A stretch of DNA of 53,557 nucleotides from Polyangiales bacterium (GTDB lineage: Bacteria > Myxococcota_A > Polyangia > Polyangiales > Polyangiaceae): positions 1-53,557 of the forward strand of contig JBBRLQ010000043.1 of assembly GCA_038231275.1 (NCBI GenBank), read 5' to 3'. Position numbers and translations under genes: made by a program. The first letter of the stretch is position 1. Every line of letters begins with the position of its first letter. Positions 29,398 to 39,861 of the stretch are shown one piece after another. The notes beneath the pieces were generated by a model. That model was not told where the DNA came from. It saw nothing but the letters and a program-made list of their open reading frames with translations, and did no database searches.

Positions 29398-29421
29398 AGC
29401 CGCACCTGAAGCGGCACCTGA
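29390..29421 (+). repeat. 12-bp tandem repeat (gcacctgaagc[c/g], about 2.7 copies) across rpsC stop
   Basis: gcacctgaagcc gcacctgaagcg gcacctga. Confidence 0.8.
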
Positions 29422-29445
29422 TTTCCAGATTCTAGAGGAAGAGAC

Positions 29446-29859
29446 ATGCTTTCCCCCAAGCGCACCAAGTTCAGGAAGATGCAGAAGGGCAACAACCGCG
29501 GCCTCGCGCGCCGCGGGTCCGACGTTGACTTCGGCGATTTCGGCATGCAGGCGACCGAGCCCGGCCGGATCACGTCGCGCCAGATCGAAGCGGCGCGTAT
29601 GGCGATCACCCGCCACGTGAAGCGCCTCGGCAAGCTCTGGATCCGCGTGTTCCCGCACCGCCCCGTCACCAAGAAGCCCCTCGAAGTTCGAATGGGTGGA
29701 GGCAAGGGCAGCGTCGAGGAGTGGTCGGCCGAGATTCAGCCCGGTCGCGTCATGTACGAGATCTCGGGCGTCGACGAGCCGACCGCGCGTGAGGCGTTCC
29801 GCCTTGCCGGCCACAAGCTCCCCGTTGGTTACAAGTTTCTCGCCCGAGGAGTCGTCTGA
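29446..29859 (+). CDS. rplP: 50S ribosomal protein L16
   Basis: [30 protein letters not shown]. Confidence 0.99.
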   Translation: MLSPKRTKFRKMQKGNNRGLARRGSDVDFGDFGMQATEPGRITSRQIEAARMAITRHVKRLGKLWIRVFPHRPVTKKPLEVRMGGGKGSVEEWSAEIQPGRVMYEISGVDEPTAREAFRLAGHKLPVGYKFLARGVV

Positions 29860-30224
29860 TGAAGGCCAAGGACTTGCGTGAGCGGAACCAGGAAGACCTC
29901 GTGGAGCTCGAGAAGAGCCTCGCGAAGGACGTCTTCGAGAACCGCCTCAAGAACTTCACCAACCGGCTCGACGACACGAGCACGATGAAGAAGGCGCGCC
30001 GCGATCTCGCGCGCGTGAAGACGATCCTCGTCCAGCGCAAGCTCGGCCAGACGCCGGTCCTAGGAGCTTCGGTTCCCAAGGCCGAGAAGCCGGCCGCCGC
30101 TCCGAAGGCTGCCAAAGCGCCGAAGGCCGCAAAAGCGCCCAAGGCGGAGGCCTCGGCGCCGAAGGCGGCCGCGAGCAAGCCGGCTGCCGCCAAGAAGACG
30201 ACCAAGAAGAGTGAGGCCAAGTAG
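29859..30224 (+). CDS. rpmC: 50S ribosomal protein L29 with Lys/Ala/Pro-rich C-terminal extension
   Basis: MKAKDLRE...RRDLARVKT core; position between rplP and rpsQ. Confidence 0.95.
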   Translation: MKAKDLRERNQEDLVELEKSLAKDVFENRLKNFTNRLDDTSTMKKARRDLARVKTILVQRKLGQTPVLGASVPKAEKPAAAPKAAKAPKAAKAPKAEASAPKAAASKPAAAKKTTKKSEAK

Positions 30225-30226
30225 CC

Positions 30227-30526
30227 ATGACGACCCAAGCAGCAACGCAGCCGACACCTGAGGTTACCGCGCACGGCTTCCGTCGGAAGATCGTCGGCAA
30301 GGTCATCAAGGACAAGATGAACAAGACGGTCGTCGTCGAGTGCGTCAACGCGCGCCGCGACCCGCTCTACGGGAAGTACGTACGTTCGCGTGTCCGCTTC
30401 AAGGCGCACGACGAGACGAACCAGTACAAGGTCGGCGATCACGTCGAGATCCAGGAGCACCGCCCCATCTCGAAGGACAAGCGATTCATCGTCGTCCGTC
30501 TCGTCAAAAAGTTCGTGGAGGAATGA
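30227..30526 (+). CDS. rpsQ: 30S ribosomal protein S17
   Basis: [26 protein letters not shown]. Confidence 0.98.
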   Translation: MTTQAATQPTPEVTAHGFRRKIVGKVIKDKMNKTVVVECVNARRDPLYGKYVRSRVRFKAHDETNQYKVGDHVEIQEHRPISKDKRFIVVRLVKKFVEE

Positions 30527-30530
30527 GCAA

Positions 30531-30899
30531 ATGATTCAGGCGAAAACCACCCTGGACGTTGCCGACAACTCCGGCGCGAAGCTCGTCCAGTGCATCAAGG
30601 TCCTCGGCGGCTCGCGCCGTCGGTACGCCACGATCGGCGACGTCATCGTCGTCGCGATCAAGGAAGCGCTCCCCGGCACCAAGGCGAAGAAGGGCGAGAC
30701 GGCCAAGGCAGTCGTCGTCCGCACCCGCCGCGAGCAGGCGCGCCCCGACGGCAGCTACATCAAGTTCGACGCGAACAGCGCCGTCCTCATCAACGATCAG
30801 ATGGAGCCCATCGGCACCCGTATCTTTGGACCGGTCGCCCGCGAGCTCCGCGGCAAGAAGTTCATGAAGATCATTTCGCTCGCTCCCGAGGTGCTGTGA
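30531..30899 (+). CDS. rplN: 50S ribosomal protein L14
   Basis: [35 protein letters not shown]. Confidence 0.99.
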   Translation: MIQAKTTLDVADNSGAKLVQCIKVLGGSRRRYATIGDVIVVAIKEALPGTKAKKGETAKAVVVRTRREQARPDGSYIKFDANSAVLINDQMEPIGTRIFGPVARELRGKKFMKIISLAPEVL

Positions 30900-31234
30900 T
30901 GGCCTCCCGTCTTCGCAAAGGCGACACCGTCGTCATCATCAGTGGCAAGGACAAGGGCAAGACCGGCAAGATCTCCCGCATCATGGCCGAGGACGGCAAG
31001 GTCGTCGTCGAGGGGATCAACCTCGTCAAGCGCCACATGAAGCCGACGCAGAGAAACCCCCAGGGCGGCATCCTCGAGCGCGAGCAGCCGCTCGCCGCCT
31101 GCAAGGTGATGCCCGTGGACCCGAAGACGGGCAAGGGCACGCGCGTCCGCTTCAAGACGGACGAAAAGGGCCACAAGGTCCGCGTCGCCGTGAAGAGCGG
31201 CGAAACGATTCAGAACGCAAAGGCTGAGGAATAG
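30899..31234 (+). CDS. rplX: 50S ribosomal protein L24
   Basis: [28 protein letters not shown]. Confidence 0.98.
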   Translation: MASRLRKGDTVVIISGKDKGKTGKISRIMAEDGKVVVEGINLVKRHMKPTQRNPQGGILEREQPLAACKVMPVDPKTGKGTRVRFKTDEKGHKVRVAVKSGETIQNAKAEE

Positions 31235-31237
31235 GCC

Positions 31238-31879
31238 ATGGCTGCCGAGAAGAAAGAGAAGCCCCAGAAGGGCTCCAAGAAGGGCGGAGCGGAAGAGGCT
31301 CCCAAGGCCAAGGTCGTCAGCAACACGACGGCGATCTCACCGCGTATGGCGACGAAGTACGTCGAGACCATCATCCCGGCTCTCACCAAGCAGTTCAGCT
31401 ACACGAACCCGAACCAGGTTCCCAAGCTGAAGAAGATCGTCATCAACATGGGCCTCGGCGCCGCCGTGACCAACCCCAAGATCGTCGACGCCGCCGTCGA
31501 GGAGCTCCGCGCGATCACCGGCCAGAAGCCGATCGTCACGCGCTCCAAGAAGGCCATCGCGAGCTTCAAGCTCCGCGCGGGCATCCCGATCGGCGCGATG
31601 GTCACGCTGCGCAAGGCGCGCATGTGGGAGTTCTGGGATCGCCTCGTCTCGCTGGCGCTGCCGCGCACGCGTGACTTCCGCGGCGTGTCCCGCAAGGCGT
31701 TCGACGGGAAGGGTAACTACACGCTCGGCCTCCGCGAGCAGATCATCTTCCCCGAGATCAACTACGACCGCATCGACGTCATCAAGGGACTCAACATCTC
31801 CTTCGTGACCTCGGCGACCAACGACGAAGAGGGGCGCGCGCTGTTGCAGCACCTCGGAATGCCCTTCCGGGCGGCCTGA
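31238..31879 (+). CDS. rplE: 50S ribosomal protein L5 (N-terminally extended)
   Basis: [34 protein letters not shown]. Confidence 0.99.
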   Translation: MAAEKKEKPQKGSKKGGAEEAPKAKVVSNTTAISPRMATKYVETIIPALTKQFSYTNPNQVPKLKKIVINMGLGAAVTNPKIVDAAVEELRAITGQKPIVTRSKKAIASFKLRAGIPIGAMVTLRKARMWEFWDRLVSLALPRTRDFRGVSRKAFDGKGNYTLGLREQIIFPEINYDRIDVIKGLNISFVTSATNDEEGRALLQHLGMPFRAA

Positions 31880-31892
31880 AGAGAGAACGATC

Positions 31893-32078
31893 ATGGCGCG
31901 TGCAAGTCAGTTCGCAAAATTGAATCGAGCCCCGAAGTTCGCCGTACGGCACCGCAGCCGCTGCAAGGTCTGCGGCCGCGCGCGGAGCTATTACCGGAAA
32001 TTCGAGCTTTGCCGCATTTGCCTCCGCTTGCTCTCGCTCCGTGGAGAAGTCCCGGGCGTGATCAAGGCGAGCTGGTAG
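31893..32078 (+). CDS. rpsN: 30S ribosomal protein S14, zinc-binding type
   Basis: 61 aa, CKVCGR...CRIC, PGV.KASW. Confidence 0.97.
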   Translation: MARASQFAKLNRAPKFAVRHRSRCKVCGRARSYYRKFELCRICLRLLSLRGEVPGVIKASW

Positions 32079-32089
32079 GAGAGAACGAA

Positions 32090-32485
32090 ATGCTGACCGA
32101 TCCGATCAGTGACATGCTGGCCCGTCTGCGCAACGGCGCCCTCGCGCGCCATGACCGCGTAGAGATGCCGCACTCCTTCCTGAAGCAGCACATCGCAGAA
32201 GTGCTCAAGGGCGAAGGCTTCGTCGACGACGTGCGCACGAGCGAGGGCGAAGGCCCCAAGGTGCTCACCGTCGTCCTTCGCTACGGCCGTGGCAAGGAGA
32301 GCGCTATCGACGGCGTTCGCCGCGTCTCGACGCCGGGCCGGCGCGTGTACGTCCGCTTCGACCGCATCCCCAAGGTCCGCTCGGGCATGGGCGTGTCGGT
32401 CCTGTCGACGAGCAAGGGCGTGATGACCGACAAAGAAGCGAAGAAGCAGCGCATCGGCGGCGAGCTTCTCTGCGAGATTTGGTGA
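32090..32485 (+). CDS. rpsH: 30S ribosomal protein S8
   Basis: TDPISDML.R.RN, STPGRRVY, STSKGVMTD..A....GGE. Confidence 0.99.
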   Translation: MLTDPISDMLARLRNGALARHDRVEMPHSFLKQHIAEVLKGEGFVDDVRTSEGEGPKVLTVVLRYGRGKESAIDGVRRVSTPGRRVYVRFDRIPKVRSGMGVSVLSTSKGVMTDKEAKKQRIGGELLCEIW

Positions 32486-32489
32486 TCCC

Positions 32490-33086
32490 ATGACTGCTCA
32501 GACCTCGCAAAAAGCACCGACGGATCTTCGCCAGTCGCGCACGGGCAAGCGCCCGATCCCGCTCCTGAAGGGCGTCACCGCCACGATCGCCAACGGCAAG
32601 ATCGACGTCAAAGGCCCCAAGGGCAACCTCTCGCGCACCATCACGCCGAACGTCGACGTGAAGGTCGCGAACGGCGAGATCACCGTCGCTCCGACGGTCG
32701 GCGGCCGCGACGGCGCGCGCTTCCAGGGCCTCGCCCGGGCGCTCATCGCCGGAATGGTCGAAGGCGCCGGCAACGGGTACGTGAAGACGCTCCAGCTCGT
32801 CGGCACGGGTTACCGCGCCGAGCTGAAGGGCACCATGCTCAACATGGCGCTCGGCTTCTCGCACCCCATCAACTTCCCCGTCCCCCAGGGCATCAAGGTC
32901 GAAATCCCCGGCGACAGCAAGGGAACGCTCATCATCCTGTCCGGTGCGGACAAGGAGCGGATGGGCCAGACCGCCGCCAAGCTGCGCGGCTATCGTCCGC
33001 CGGAGCCTTACGGTGGAAAGGGCGTTCGTTACCAGGGTGAGAAGATCCGCGAGAAGGCGGGCAAGGCCGGAAAGGGCGGTAAGTAG
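32490..33086 (+). CDS. rplF: 50S ribosomal protein L6
   Basis: SR.GKRPI, VKGPKG.L, LGFSHP, RPPEPY.GKGVRY. Confidence 0.99.
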   Translation: MTAQTSQKAPTDLRQSRTGKRPIPLLKGVTATIANGKIDVKGPKGNLSRTITPNVDVKVANGEITVAPTVGGRDGARFQGLARALIAGMVEGAGNGYVKTLQLVGTGYRAELKGTMLNMALGFSHPINFPVPQGIKVEIPGDSKGTLIILSGADKERMGQTAAKLRGYRPPEPYGGKGVRYQGEKIREKAGKAGKGGK

Positions 33087-33088
33087 TC

Positions 33089-33448
33089 ATGGCGATGCAG
33101 ATCGTTGGGCGGGAGCGTCGCAAGCTCCGTATTCGCCGGAAGATCAGCGGGACGGCTGTGAAGCCGCGCCTCACCGTGTTTCGCAGCGCGAAGCACATCT
33201 ACGCCCAGGTCGTGGACGACGTGACGGGCAACACCGTCGCGCACGCCTCCACGCTCACCAAGGAAGTTCGTACGGCCATCGACGACGCGACCAAGAGCGA
33301 CGCGGCGAAGAAGGTCGGCGCAGCGGTCGCGAAGCTCCTCCTCGCCAAGGGGATCAGCCACATCGTCTTCGACCGCAACGGCTACCTCTACCACGGGCGC
33401 GTCCGCGCTCTTGCCGACGCCGCGCGCGAAGCCGGTCTCAAGTTCTAG
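33089..33448 (+). CDS. rplR: 50S ribosomal protein L18
   Basis: [38 protein letters not shown]. Confidence 0.99.
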   Translation: MAMQIVGRERRKLRIRRKISGTAVKPRLTVFRSAKHIYAQVVDDVTGNTVAHASTLTKEVRTAIDDATKSDAAKKVGAAVAKLLLAKGISHIVFDRNGYLYHGRVRALADAAREAGLKF

Positions 33449-33501
33449 GTCAGGGAGAGCGTGCCGCTCCCCCCGACACCCCTCAGCAGGAATCTAAAGC
33501 C

Positions 33502-34044
33502 ATGGCGTTCGTTCAAGTCGACGAAGAGAAGCTCAAGGAGCGGATCATCCACATCAACCGAGTCGCGAAGGTCGTCAAAGGCGGCCGGCGCTTCTCGTTC
33601 GCGGCGCTCGTCGTCGTGGGCGACGAATCCGGGCATGTGGGTGTCGGTCTCGGCAAGGCCAACGAGGTCCCCGAGGCGATCCGCAAGGGCAACGACCAGG
33701 CGCGCAAGAACCTGTTCAAGGTTCCGCTCAACGGCGTCACGATCCCGCACGAGGTGCTCGGTCACTTCGGCGCCGGTCGCGTCTTCCTCCGCCCGGCCTC
33801 GGCCGGAACGGGCGTCATCGCCGGCGGCGCCGTCCGCGCCGTCGTCGAGAGCGCGGGCATCCACGACATCCTCACGAAGTGCATCGGTTCGTCGAACCCG
33901 CACAACATCGTCCGCGCGACGATCACGGCCCTCCGGGAGCTGAAGAGCCTCGAGATGGTCGCCACCAAGCGCGGGAAGGAAGTGAGCGACATAATCGCTC
34001 AGGACCGTAAGAGCTCCGCCCAGCTCCCGGAGGCGTCGCCGTGA
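33502..34044 (+). CDS. rpsE: 30S ribosomal protein S5
   Basis: [31 protein letters not shown]. Confidence 0.99.
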   Translation: MAFVQVDEEKLKERIIHINRVAKVVKGGRRFSFAALVVVGDESGHVGVGLGKANEVPEAIRKGNDQARKNLFKVPLNGVTIPHEVLGHFGAGRVFLRPASAGTGVIAGGAVRAVVESAGIHDILTKCIGSSNPHNIVRATITALRELKSLEMVATKRGKEVSDIIAQDRKSSAQLPEASP

Positions 34045-34232
34045 GCACGAAGAAGCTGAAGGTCAAGCAGACGAAGAGCCTCATCGGTCAGAGCCACCCG
34101 ATGCGCCTCACGATCAAAGGTCTCGGTCTCGGTCGTCCGGGGTCCGAGGTCACGGTGGCGAACACGCCCAGTTTCCGCGGTGCGATCAAAAAGGTCATGC
34201 ACCTCGTGAAGGTCGAGGAAGTCAATGGCTGA
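34041..34232 (+). CDS. rpmD: 50S ribosomal protein L30
   Basis: KSLIG, T.KGLGL, RG.I.KV.HLV; position rpsE-rplO. Confidence 0.96.
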   Translation: MSTKKLKVKQTKSLIGQSHPMRLTIKGLGLGRPGSEVTVANTPSFRGAIKKVMHLVKVEEVNG

Positions 34233-34680
34233 CACGCTTTCGAATCTCAAGAAGCCGGAAGGCGCCACCAAGAAGAAGACCCGTCGCGGTCGTGGTGTCG
34301 GCTCCGGCCTCGGCAAGACCGCTGGCCGTGGCCAGAAGGGTCAGTACGCGCGCACGCGCGGCTTCAAGCCGCACTTCGAGGGCGGTCAGACCCCGATGCA
34401 GCGCCGCCTGCCGAAGCGTGGCTTCAACCCGCCGTTCCCCGCCAAGATCGCCGAGATCAACGTGGGCGACCTCGAGGTCTTCGCCGCCGGCGCCAAGGTC
34501 GACGAGAAGGCCCTGCGCGCGAAGGGGCTCATCAAGGGCTCCTACGATCGCCTGAAGGTCCTCGGCGACGGCGAGCTCACCAAGAGCGTCATCGTCACCG
34601 CCGACGCGTTCTCGAAGACCGCGGCCGCCAAGATCCAGAAGGCTGGCGGCAAGGCCGTTTTGGCCTCCGCGCAAGCCTAA
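34225..34680 (+). CDS. rplO: 50S ribosomal protein L15
   Basis: [33 protein letters not shown]. Confidence 0.99.
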   Translation: MADTLSNLKKPEGATKKKTRRGRGVGSGLGKTAGRGQKGQYARTRGFKPHFEGGQTPMQRRLPKRGFNPPFPAKIAEINVGDLEVFAAGAKVDEKALRAKGLIKGSYDRLKVLGDGELTKSVIVTADAFSKTAAAKIQKAGGKAVLASAQA

Positions 34681-34715
34681 GCAGCACGCATGAGCAGGCA
34701 GTAAGAAAGGAACGC

Positions 34716-36059
34716 ATGGCGTCGCTCGCCGGATTCGCGAACATCGGGAAGGTGCCGGAGCTCCGCAAGCGGGTGCTCTTCACCCTCGGCATGCTCGCCG
34801 TTTACCGGATCGGAGTCTTCGTCACGATCCCCGGCGTCGACCGGAACGTGATGCAGGCCGTCGTGAGCAAGCAGGGCGGGGGTCTCCTCGGCCTGTTCAA
34901 CATGTTCTCGGGCGGCGCCCTTTCCAATCTCTCGATCTTCGCGCTCGGCATCATGCCGTACGTCAGCGCGAGCATCATCCTCCAGCTCCTGACGATGGTC
35001 TTCAAGCCGCTCGACGAGCTCCGCAAGGAAGGCGAGTCGGGCACGCGAAAGATCAACCAGTACACGCGCTACGGCACGATCGTCCTGTCGATCGTCCAGT
35101 CCTTCGGCATCGCGATGACGCTCGAGGGGATGAACAACGGCGACCTCTCCGACACCGGTCGCGTCGGTGACGTCGTGATCCACGCCGGCTGGGGCTTCCG
35201 CCTCATGACGATGATCACGCTCACCACCGGCACCGCGTTCATGATGTGGGTCGGCGAGCAGATCACCGAGCGCGGCATCGGCAACGGCATCTCGCTCATC
35301 ATCTTCGCGGGAATCGTCGACGGCATCCCCGCCGGCATCTTCAACTACTTCGCGACGAACAAGGGCAACATCCAGCCCCTGAACCTCGCGGCCGTGACCG
35401 CGGTCGTCCTCGCGACGGTCGCGACGATCGTGTTCTTCGAGCGCGGCCAGCGCCGGATTCCGATTTATTACGCACGAAGAACCGTGGGCAGACGCGTGTA
35501 CGGCGGGCAGACGGCGCATTTGCCGCTCCGCGTGAACACGAGCGGCACCATCCCGCCCATCTTCGCGTCGTCGCTCTTGATGTTCCCAGCGACGCTCGCG
35601 AGCTTCAAGATCCCGGGCATGGCGAACCTCCAGGCGGCGCTCCAGCGCGGCGACTGGCTGTTCAACACGTTCTACGTCGCCCTGATCATCTTCTTTTGTT
35701 ACTTCTACACCGCCGTCACCTTCCAGGCCGTCGACGTCGCCGACAACCTGAAGAAGCAGCAGGCGTTCATCCCGAGCATTCGCCAGGGCAAGCAGACCGC
35801 CGAGTACATCGACCACGTCTTGACGCGCATCACCCTGGGTGGCGCGATCTACGTGTCGGTCGTGTGCATCGTGCCTTCGGTCATCAGCCAGGCGTTCCGG
35901 GTCCCGTTCCAGTGGGGCGGCACCTCGATCATGATCGTCGTCGGTGTCGCGCTCGACACGGTCAGCCAGATCGAGGCGCACCTCATCACGCGCAACTACG
36001 AGGGGCTGAGCGGGGGTGGTGGTCGGGCCACGCGCATCAGGGGAAGGCGTGACGTATGA
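34716..36059 (+). CDS. secY: Preprotein translocase subunit SecY
   Basis: [46 protein letters not shown]. Confidence 0.99.
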   Translation: MASLAGFANIGKVPELRKRVLFTLGMLAVYRIGVFVTIPGVDRNVMQAVVSKQGGGLLGLFNMFSGGALSNLSIFALGIMPYVSASIILQLLTMVFKPLDELRKEGESGTRKINQYTRYGTIVLSIVQSFGIAMTLEGMNNGDLSDTGRVGDVVIHAGWGFRLMTMITLTTGTAFMMWVGEQITERGIGNGISLIIFAGIVDGIPAGIFNYFATNKGNIQPLNLAAVTAVVLATVATIVFFERGQRRIPIYYARRTVGRRVYGGQTAHLPLRVNTSGTIPPIFASSLLMFPATLASFKIPGMANLQAALQRGDWLFNTFYVALIIFFCYFYTAVTFQAVDVADNLKKQQAFIPSIRQGKQTAEYIDHVLTRITLGGAIYVSVVCIVPSVISQAFRVPFQWGGTSIMIVVGVALDTVSQIEAHLITRNYEGLSGGGGRATRIRGRRDV

Positions 36060-36694
36060 GCGGCCTCAGGCTCGTATTTTTGGGACCGCCCGGCGCCGGC
36101 AAGGGCACGCAGGCGAAGGTCATCTGCGAGAAATTCGGGATCCCCCAAGTATCGACGGGCGACATGCTTCGCGCCGCGAAGGCCGAGGGCAAGCTCCCGA
36201 AAGAGCTCGTCGAGGCGATGGGCAAGGGCGCGCTCGTTCCAGACGAGGTCGTCATCGGCCTCATCGCCGAGCGCACCAAGGCGCCCGACGCCAGCAACGG
36301 CTTTCTCCTCGACGGCTTCCCGCGCACCGCGCCGCAGGCCGATTCGCTCGGCAAGATGTTGGCGGGTCGGAACCTGAAGCTCGACTGTGCCCTGGCGCTC
36401 GAGGTCCCCCGCGAGATGCTGGTCGAACGGGCCGTCCTCCGCCGCACGGACAAACGGACTGGACAGATCTACCACTTGAAGTATAAGCCTCCGCCCGCTG
36501 ACTTGCCGCCGGCCGATTTGGAGCACCGTGCGGATGACCACGAAGACATTGTGAAAAACCGCCTCGACACCTACGAGAAGATGACGAGCGAGCTCCTCCC
36601 CTACTACGAGAAGCTCGGAATGCTGAAACGAGTGAACGGGCAGGGAGCGGTCGAAGAGGTCACGCAGCGCGTGCTGCAAGCGCTGAAGAACTGA
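36056..36694 (+). CDS. adk: Adenylate kinase
   Basis: [30 protein letters not shown]. Confidence 0.98.
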   Translation: MSGLRLVFLGPPGAGKGTQAKVICEKFGIPQVSTGDMLRAAKAEGKLPKELVEAMGKGALVPDEVVIGLIAERTKAPDASNGFLLDGFPRTAPQADSLGKMLAGRNLKLDCALALEVPREMLVERAVLRRTDKRTGQIYHLKYKPPPADLPPADLEHRADDHEDIVKNRLDTYEKMTSELLPYYEKLGMLKRVNGQGAVEEVTQRVLQALKN

Positions 36695-36719
36695 AGACCG
36701 AGGAGATTCTGGATTCCTA

Positions 36720-36962
36720 ATGAGTGAACGTCGCGAGAGAAAAGAGCCCAAGGGCGACAAGCTGGAGTTCGACGGCGTCGTCCAAGAGGCGCTGCCCAAC
36801 GCGATGTTCCGCGTGAAGTGCGACAACGGGCTCGTCGTCCTGGCGACCATCAGCGGCAGGATGCGTCAGTTTTACATCCGCATTCTCCCCGGCGATCGCG
36901 TCACCGTCGAAGTCAGCCCCTACGATCCCAGCCGCGGCCGAATCACCTACCGCCACAAGTAG
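36720..36962 (+). CDS. infA: Translation initiation factor IF-1
   Basis: [31 protein letters not shown]...GRI.YR. Confidence 0.99.
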   Translation: MSERRERKEPKGDKLEFDGVVQEALPNAMFRVKCDNGLVVLATISGRMRQFYIRILPGDRVTVEVSPYDPSRGRITYRHK

Positions 36963-37005
36963 CCGCTCACAAGTAAGTCGTTCCGAGTAACCGAGAGAGC
37001 ACGTC

Positions 37006-37119
37006 ATGAAGGTCCGTCCGAGCGTCAAAAAGATTTGCGACAAGTGCAAGGTCGTCCGCCGCAAGGGCGTCGTGCGCATCATCTGTGAGAACCCGCGCCA
37101 CAAGCAGCGCCAGGGTTAA
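37006..37119 (+). CDS. rpmJ: 50S ribosomal protein L36 (not in ORF track)
   Basis: [37 protein letters not shown]. Confidence 0.99.
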   Translation: MKVRPSVKKICDKCKVVRRKGVVRIICENPRHKQRQG

Positions 37120-37136
37120 GGTCAAAGGAACTCACC

Positions 37137-37520
37137 ATGGCTCGTATTGCAGGCGTCGACCTTCCCCGACACAAGCACGTCGCGTATTCGCTCCCGTACC
37201 TCTACGGGATCGGTAAATGTACCGCCTTCGAGATCTGCAAGAAGGCCGGCATCCCGCCGACCAAGAAGACCGAAGAGCTGACCGAAACCGACATCAAGAA
37301 GATCCGCGAGCTCCTCGAGACCGAATACAAGGTCGAGGGCGATCTCCGCCGCGAAGTTCAGATGAACATCAAGCGCCTGATGGACCTCGGTTGCTACCGC
37401 GGCCTCCGTCACCGCCGCGGCCTGCCGGTCAACGGCCAGCGCACCCACACCAACGCGCGCACCCGCAAGGGCCCGCGCAAGGGCCTCGTTTCTCGCGCGG
37501 TGCGCAAGCCGACGCCCTGA
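37137..37520 (+). CDS. rpsM: 30S ribosomal protein S13
   Basis: [41 protein letters not shown]. Confidence 0.99.
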   Translation: MARIAGVDLPRHKHVAYSLPYLYGIGKCTAFEICKKAGIPPTKKTEELTETDIKKIRELLETEYKVEGDLRREVQMNIKRLMDLGCYRGLRHRRGLPVNGQRTHTNARTRKGPRKGLVSRAVRKPTP

Positions 37521-37575
37521 GAAGCGCGCTTCTCATTCAGTAAAAAGTTTCGTATTTTTGGAAAGAGATTGAGCC

Positions 37576-38007
37576 ATGTCGACTGCAGGTAAGACGAGCG
37601 GAGGGCCGGTTTCGGCCGCGCCGACGAGCAAGAAGCCCGCCAAGAAGAAGGTCAAGAAGAACATCTCGACCGGGATCGCGCACATCCAGTCGACGTTCAA
37701 CAACACCGTCGTCACGATCACCGACGTGAACGGGAACTCCGTCGCGTGGTCGTCGGCTGGCTCGCGCGGCTTCAAGGGCTCGCGCAAGTCGACGCCGTTC
37801 GCCGCCCAGCTCGCCGCCGAAGAGGCCGCGCGCAAGGCGATGGAGCACGGGATGCGCAGCATCGCCGTCTTCGTGAAGGGCCCGGGCGCCGGCCGCGAGA
37901 GCGCGCTTCGTGCGCTCCAGACCTCCGGCTTCAAGGTCACGCTCATCCGCGACGTTACGCCGGTCCCGCACAACGGCTGCCGCCCCCCGAAGCGCCGCCG
38001 CGTCTGA
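37576..38007 (+). CDS. rpsK: 30S ribosomal protein S11
   Basis: [38 protein letters not shown]. Confidence 0.99.
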   Translation: MSTAGKTSGGPVSAAPTSKKPAKKKVKKNISTGIAHIQSTFNNTVVTITDVNGNSVAWSSAGSRGFKGSRKSTPFAAQLAAEEAARKAMEHGMRSIAVFVKGPGAGRESALRALQTSGFKVTLIRDVTPVPHNGCRPPKRRRV

Positions 38008-38031
38008 GCCGACGCCCTCCGTCGAGGGAAC

Positions 38032-38070
38032 CGAAGCGCGATGGGCTCACCTCATCGCGCTTCGATCATT
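38032..38070 (+). terminator. Intrinsic terminator-like hairpin after rpsK
   Basis: cgaagcgcgatg...catcgcgcttcg perfect 12-bp stem followed by atcattttgt. Confidence 0.7.
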
Positions 38071-38140
38071 TTGTGTCTCAACGCAAGGAATGGGATCTCG
38101 GGTCTCGCGCGCCGGAGAACCGGTGCTAGACCGCCGCACC

Positions 38141-39748
38141 ATGAACACCCGCGTGCTTGTCGGCATCGCCCTGTCCTCGTCGTTGTCGTTGTCTCTTGGT
38201 TGCTCGTCCCCTGGTGCGACGGACACCGCGACGAGCGCCCCGCAGGCGGTGGTCAGCACCGGCCTCGTCATCAGCGGGGTCTACGGCGGCGGCGGAAACA
38301 CGGGGGCGACGTTCGCCAACGACTTCATCGAGCTGTTCAACCGCGGCACAACCAGCGTGTCCACGGCCGGGATGAGCCTCCAGTACGCGAGCGCGGCCGG
38401 CGACTTCGGTAGCCCCTTCGTTCTCCCGAGCGTGACGATCGCCCCCGGCCGGTATTTCCTCGTGCAAGGCAACAGCGCGGGCGCCGTCGGCAGCGCGCTC
38501 CCGACGCCGGACGCGATCTCGACGCTCAACCTCTCGTCGATCAACGGCAAGATGGCGCTCGCCAGCGTCACCACCGCGCTCGCGTGCGGTGGCGCCACGC
38601 GGTGCAACACGACGAACGTAGTCGACATGGTTGGCTACGGCACCGCCACCGACTTCGAGGGCCCTGCGGGGTCGGCAGTCGGCGCCCTCACGGCGACGAC
38701 CGGCGCGTACCGAAAAGGTGCAGGATGCACCGATACCGACGTGAACAACGCGGATTTCTCGATCGCGAACCCCGTGACTGCACCGCGCAATCAAGGCTCC
38801 GCGGCGGCGCCATGCGGCGGCGGAACCGACGCAGGCGTGGACGCCGACGACGGATCGACGGGCACCGACAGCGCGATCGCGGACACCGGCAGCGACACGT
38901 CGACGGGCACCGACAGCGGTCCCGGCAACGGCACCGGCCTCGTCATCAGCCAGGTCTTCGGCGGCGGCGGCAGCGGTGGCTCGGCGCCGGGCCGCGACTT
39001 CGTCGAGATCTTCAACCGCGGGACCGTCGACGTCGCGACGACCGGCCTCTCGCTCCAGGTCGGCGCGAGCGGCGCAGACTTCGGCGCCACCGCCGCCGAC
39101 GTGTTCGCGCTGCAAGATATCGTGGTCCCGCAAGGCGCGTACATCCTCGTCGGCCTCGGCCCGAGCGCAGACGCCGGGGTCGCGCTCCCGGCGCCGGACA
39201 TGGACGCGCCGACCTTGGCGCTCGACACGGCGAACGGCAAAGTCGCGCTCGCGAAGATCGCGACCGGCCTCGGCTGCGGCGGCGCGTCGCGCTGCAACGC
39301 GAACGTGGTCGACGTCGTCGGCTACGGCACGGCGACCGACTTCGAGGGCAGCGCGGCGACCGGCGCGCTGAACGGCTCTGCGAGCGCGAGCCGCAAGGGC
39401 GAAGGCTGCACGGACACCAACGACAACCGCGGCGACTTCACGGTCGGCGCGCCGAGCCCGCGAAACATTTCAACGCCCCGTAAGCGTTGCGCGGCGCCTC
39501 CCCCTCCGGACGACGGCGGCGTCACTCCCCCCGCCGACGACGCCGGCACGCTCCCGCCGATCGGCAAGCCCGACGCGGGCGCGAAGGGCGGCGACGCGGG
39601 CGGCATCGGAAATAACCCGGTCCCCGACGGCGGCACGACGGACACCGGCGGCTGCAACACGAGCCCCGCCCGCGGGGGAAACGCGTTCGCGTTCAGCCTC
39701 GCGATCCTCAGCCTCGCCGGGCTCCGCCGCCGCCGCCGCCACGTCTGA
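38141..39748 (+). CDS. Lipoprotein with two lamin-tail domains and MYXO-CTERM-like tail
   Basis: Lipobox SLGC; two LVIS.V[YF]GGGG..DF[IV]E.FNRG domains; GGC...hydrophobic...RRRRR. Confidence 0.88.
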   Translation: MNTRVLVGIALSSSLSLSLGCSSPGATDTATSAPQAVVSTGLVISGVYGGGGNTGATFANDFIELFNRGTTSVSTAGMSLQYASAAGDFGSPFVLPSVTIAPGRYFLVQGNSAGAVGSALPTPDAISTLNLSSINGKMALASVTTALACGGATRCNTTNVVDMVGYGTATDFEGPAGSAVGALTATTGAYRKGAGCTDTDVNNADFSIANPVTAPRNQGSAAAPCGGGTDAGVDADDGSTGTDSAIADTGSDTSTGTDSGPGNGTGLVISQVFGGGGSGGSAPGRDFVEIFNRGTVDVATTGLSLQVGASGADFGATAADVFALQDIVVPQGAYILVGLGPSADAGVALPAPDMDAPTLALDTANGKVALAKIATGLGCGGASRCNANVVDVVGYGTATDFEGSAATGALNGSASASRKGEGCTDTNDNRGDFTVGAPSPRNISTPRKRCAAPPPPDDGGVTPPADDAGTLPPIGKPDAGAKGGDAGGIGNNPVPDGGTTDTGGCNTSPARGGNAFAFSLAILSLAGLRRRRRHV

Positions 39749-39861
39749 CCTCGCGACGGGACGGGCTTCAGATCAAGGGGTTTGCAGGAATCGCCCGTCG
39801 TCACGCGCCACGCGGCAGATTGTCGCGGCGTCGCCACAATCGGGTGCTACACCTGGGCCCC

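Noticed and set aside
36695..36719. Absence of map between adk and infA
   Set aside because: map is frequently relocated; weak signal on its own
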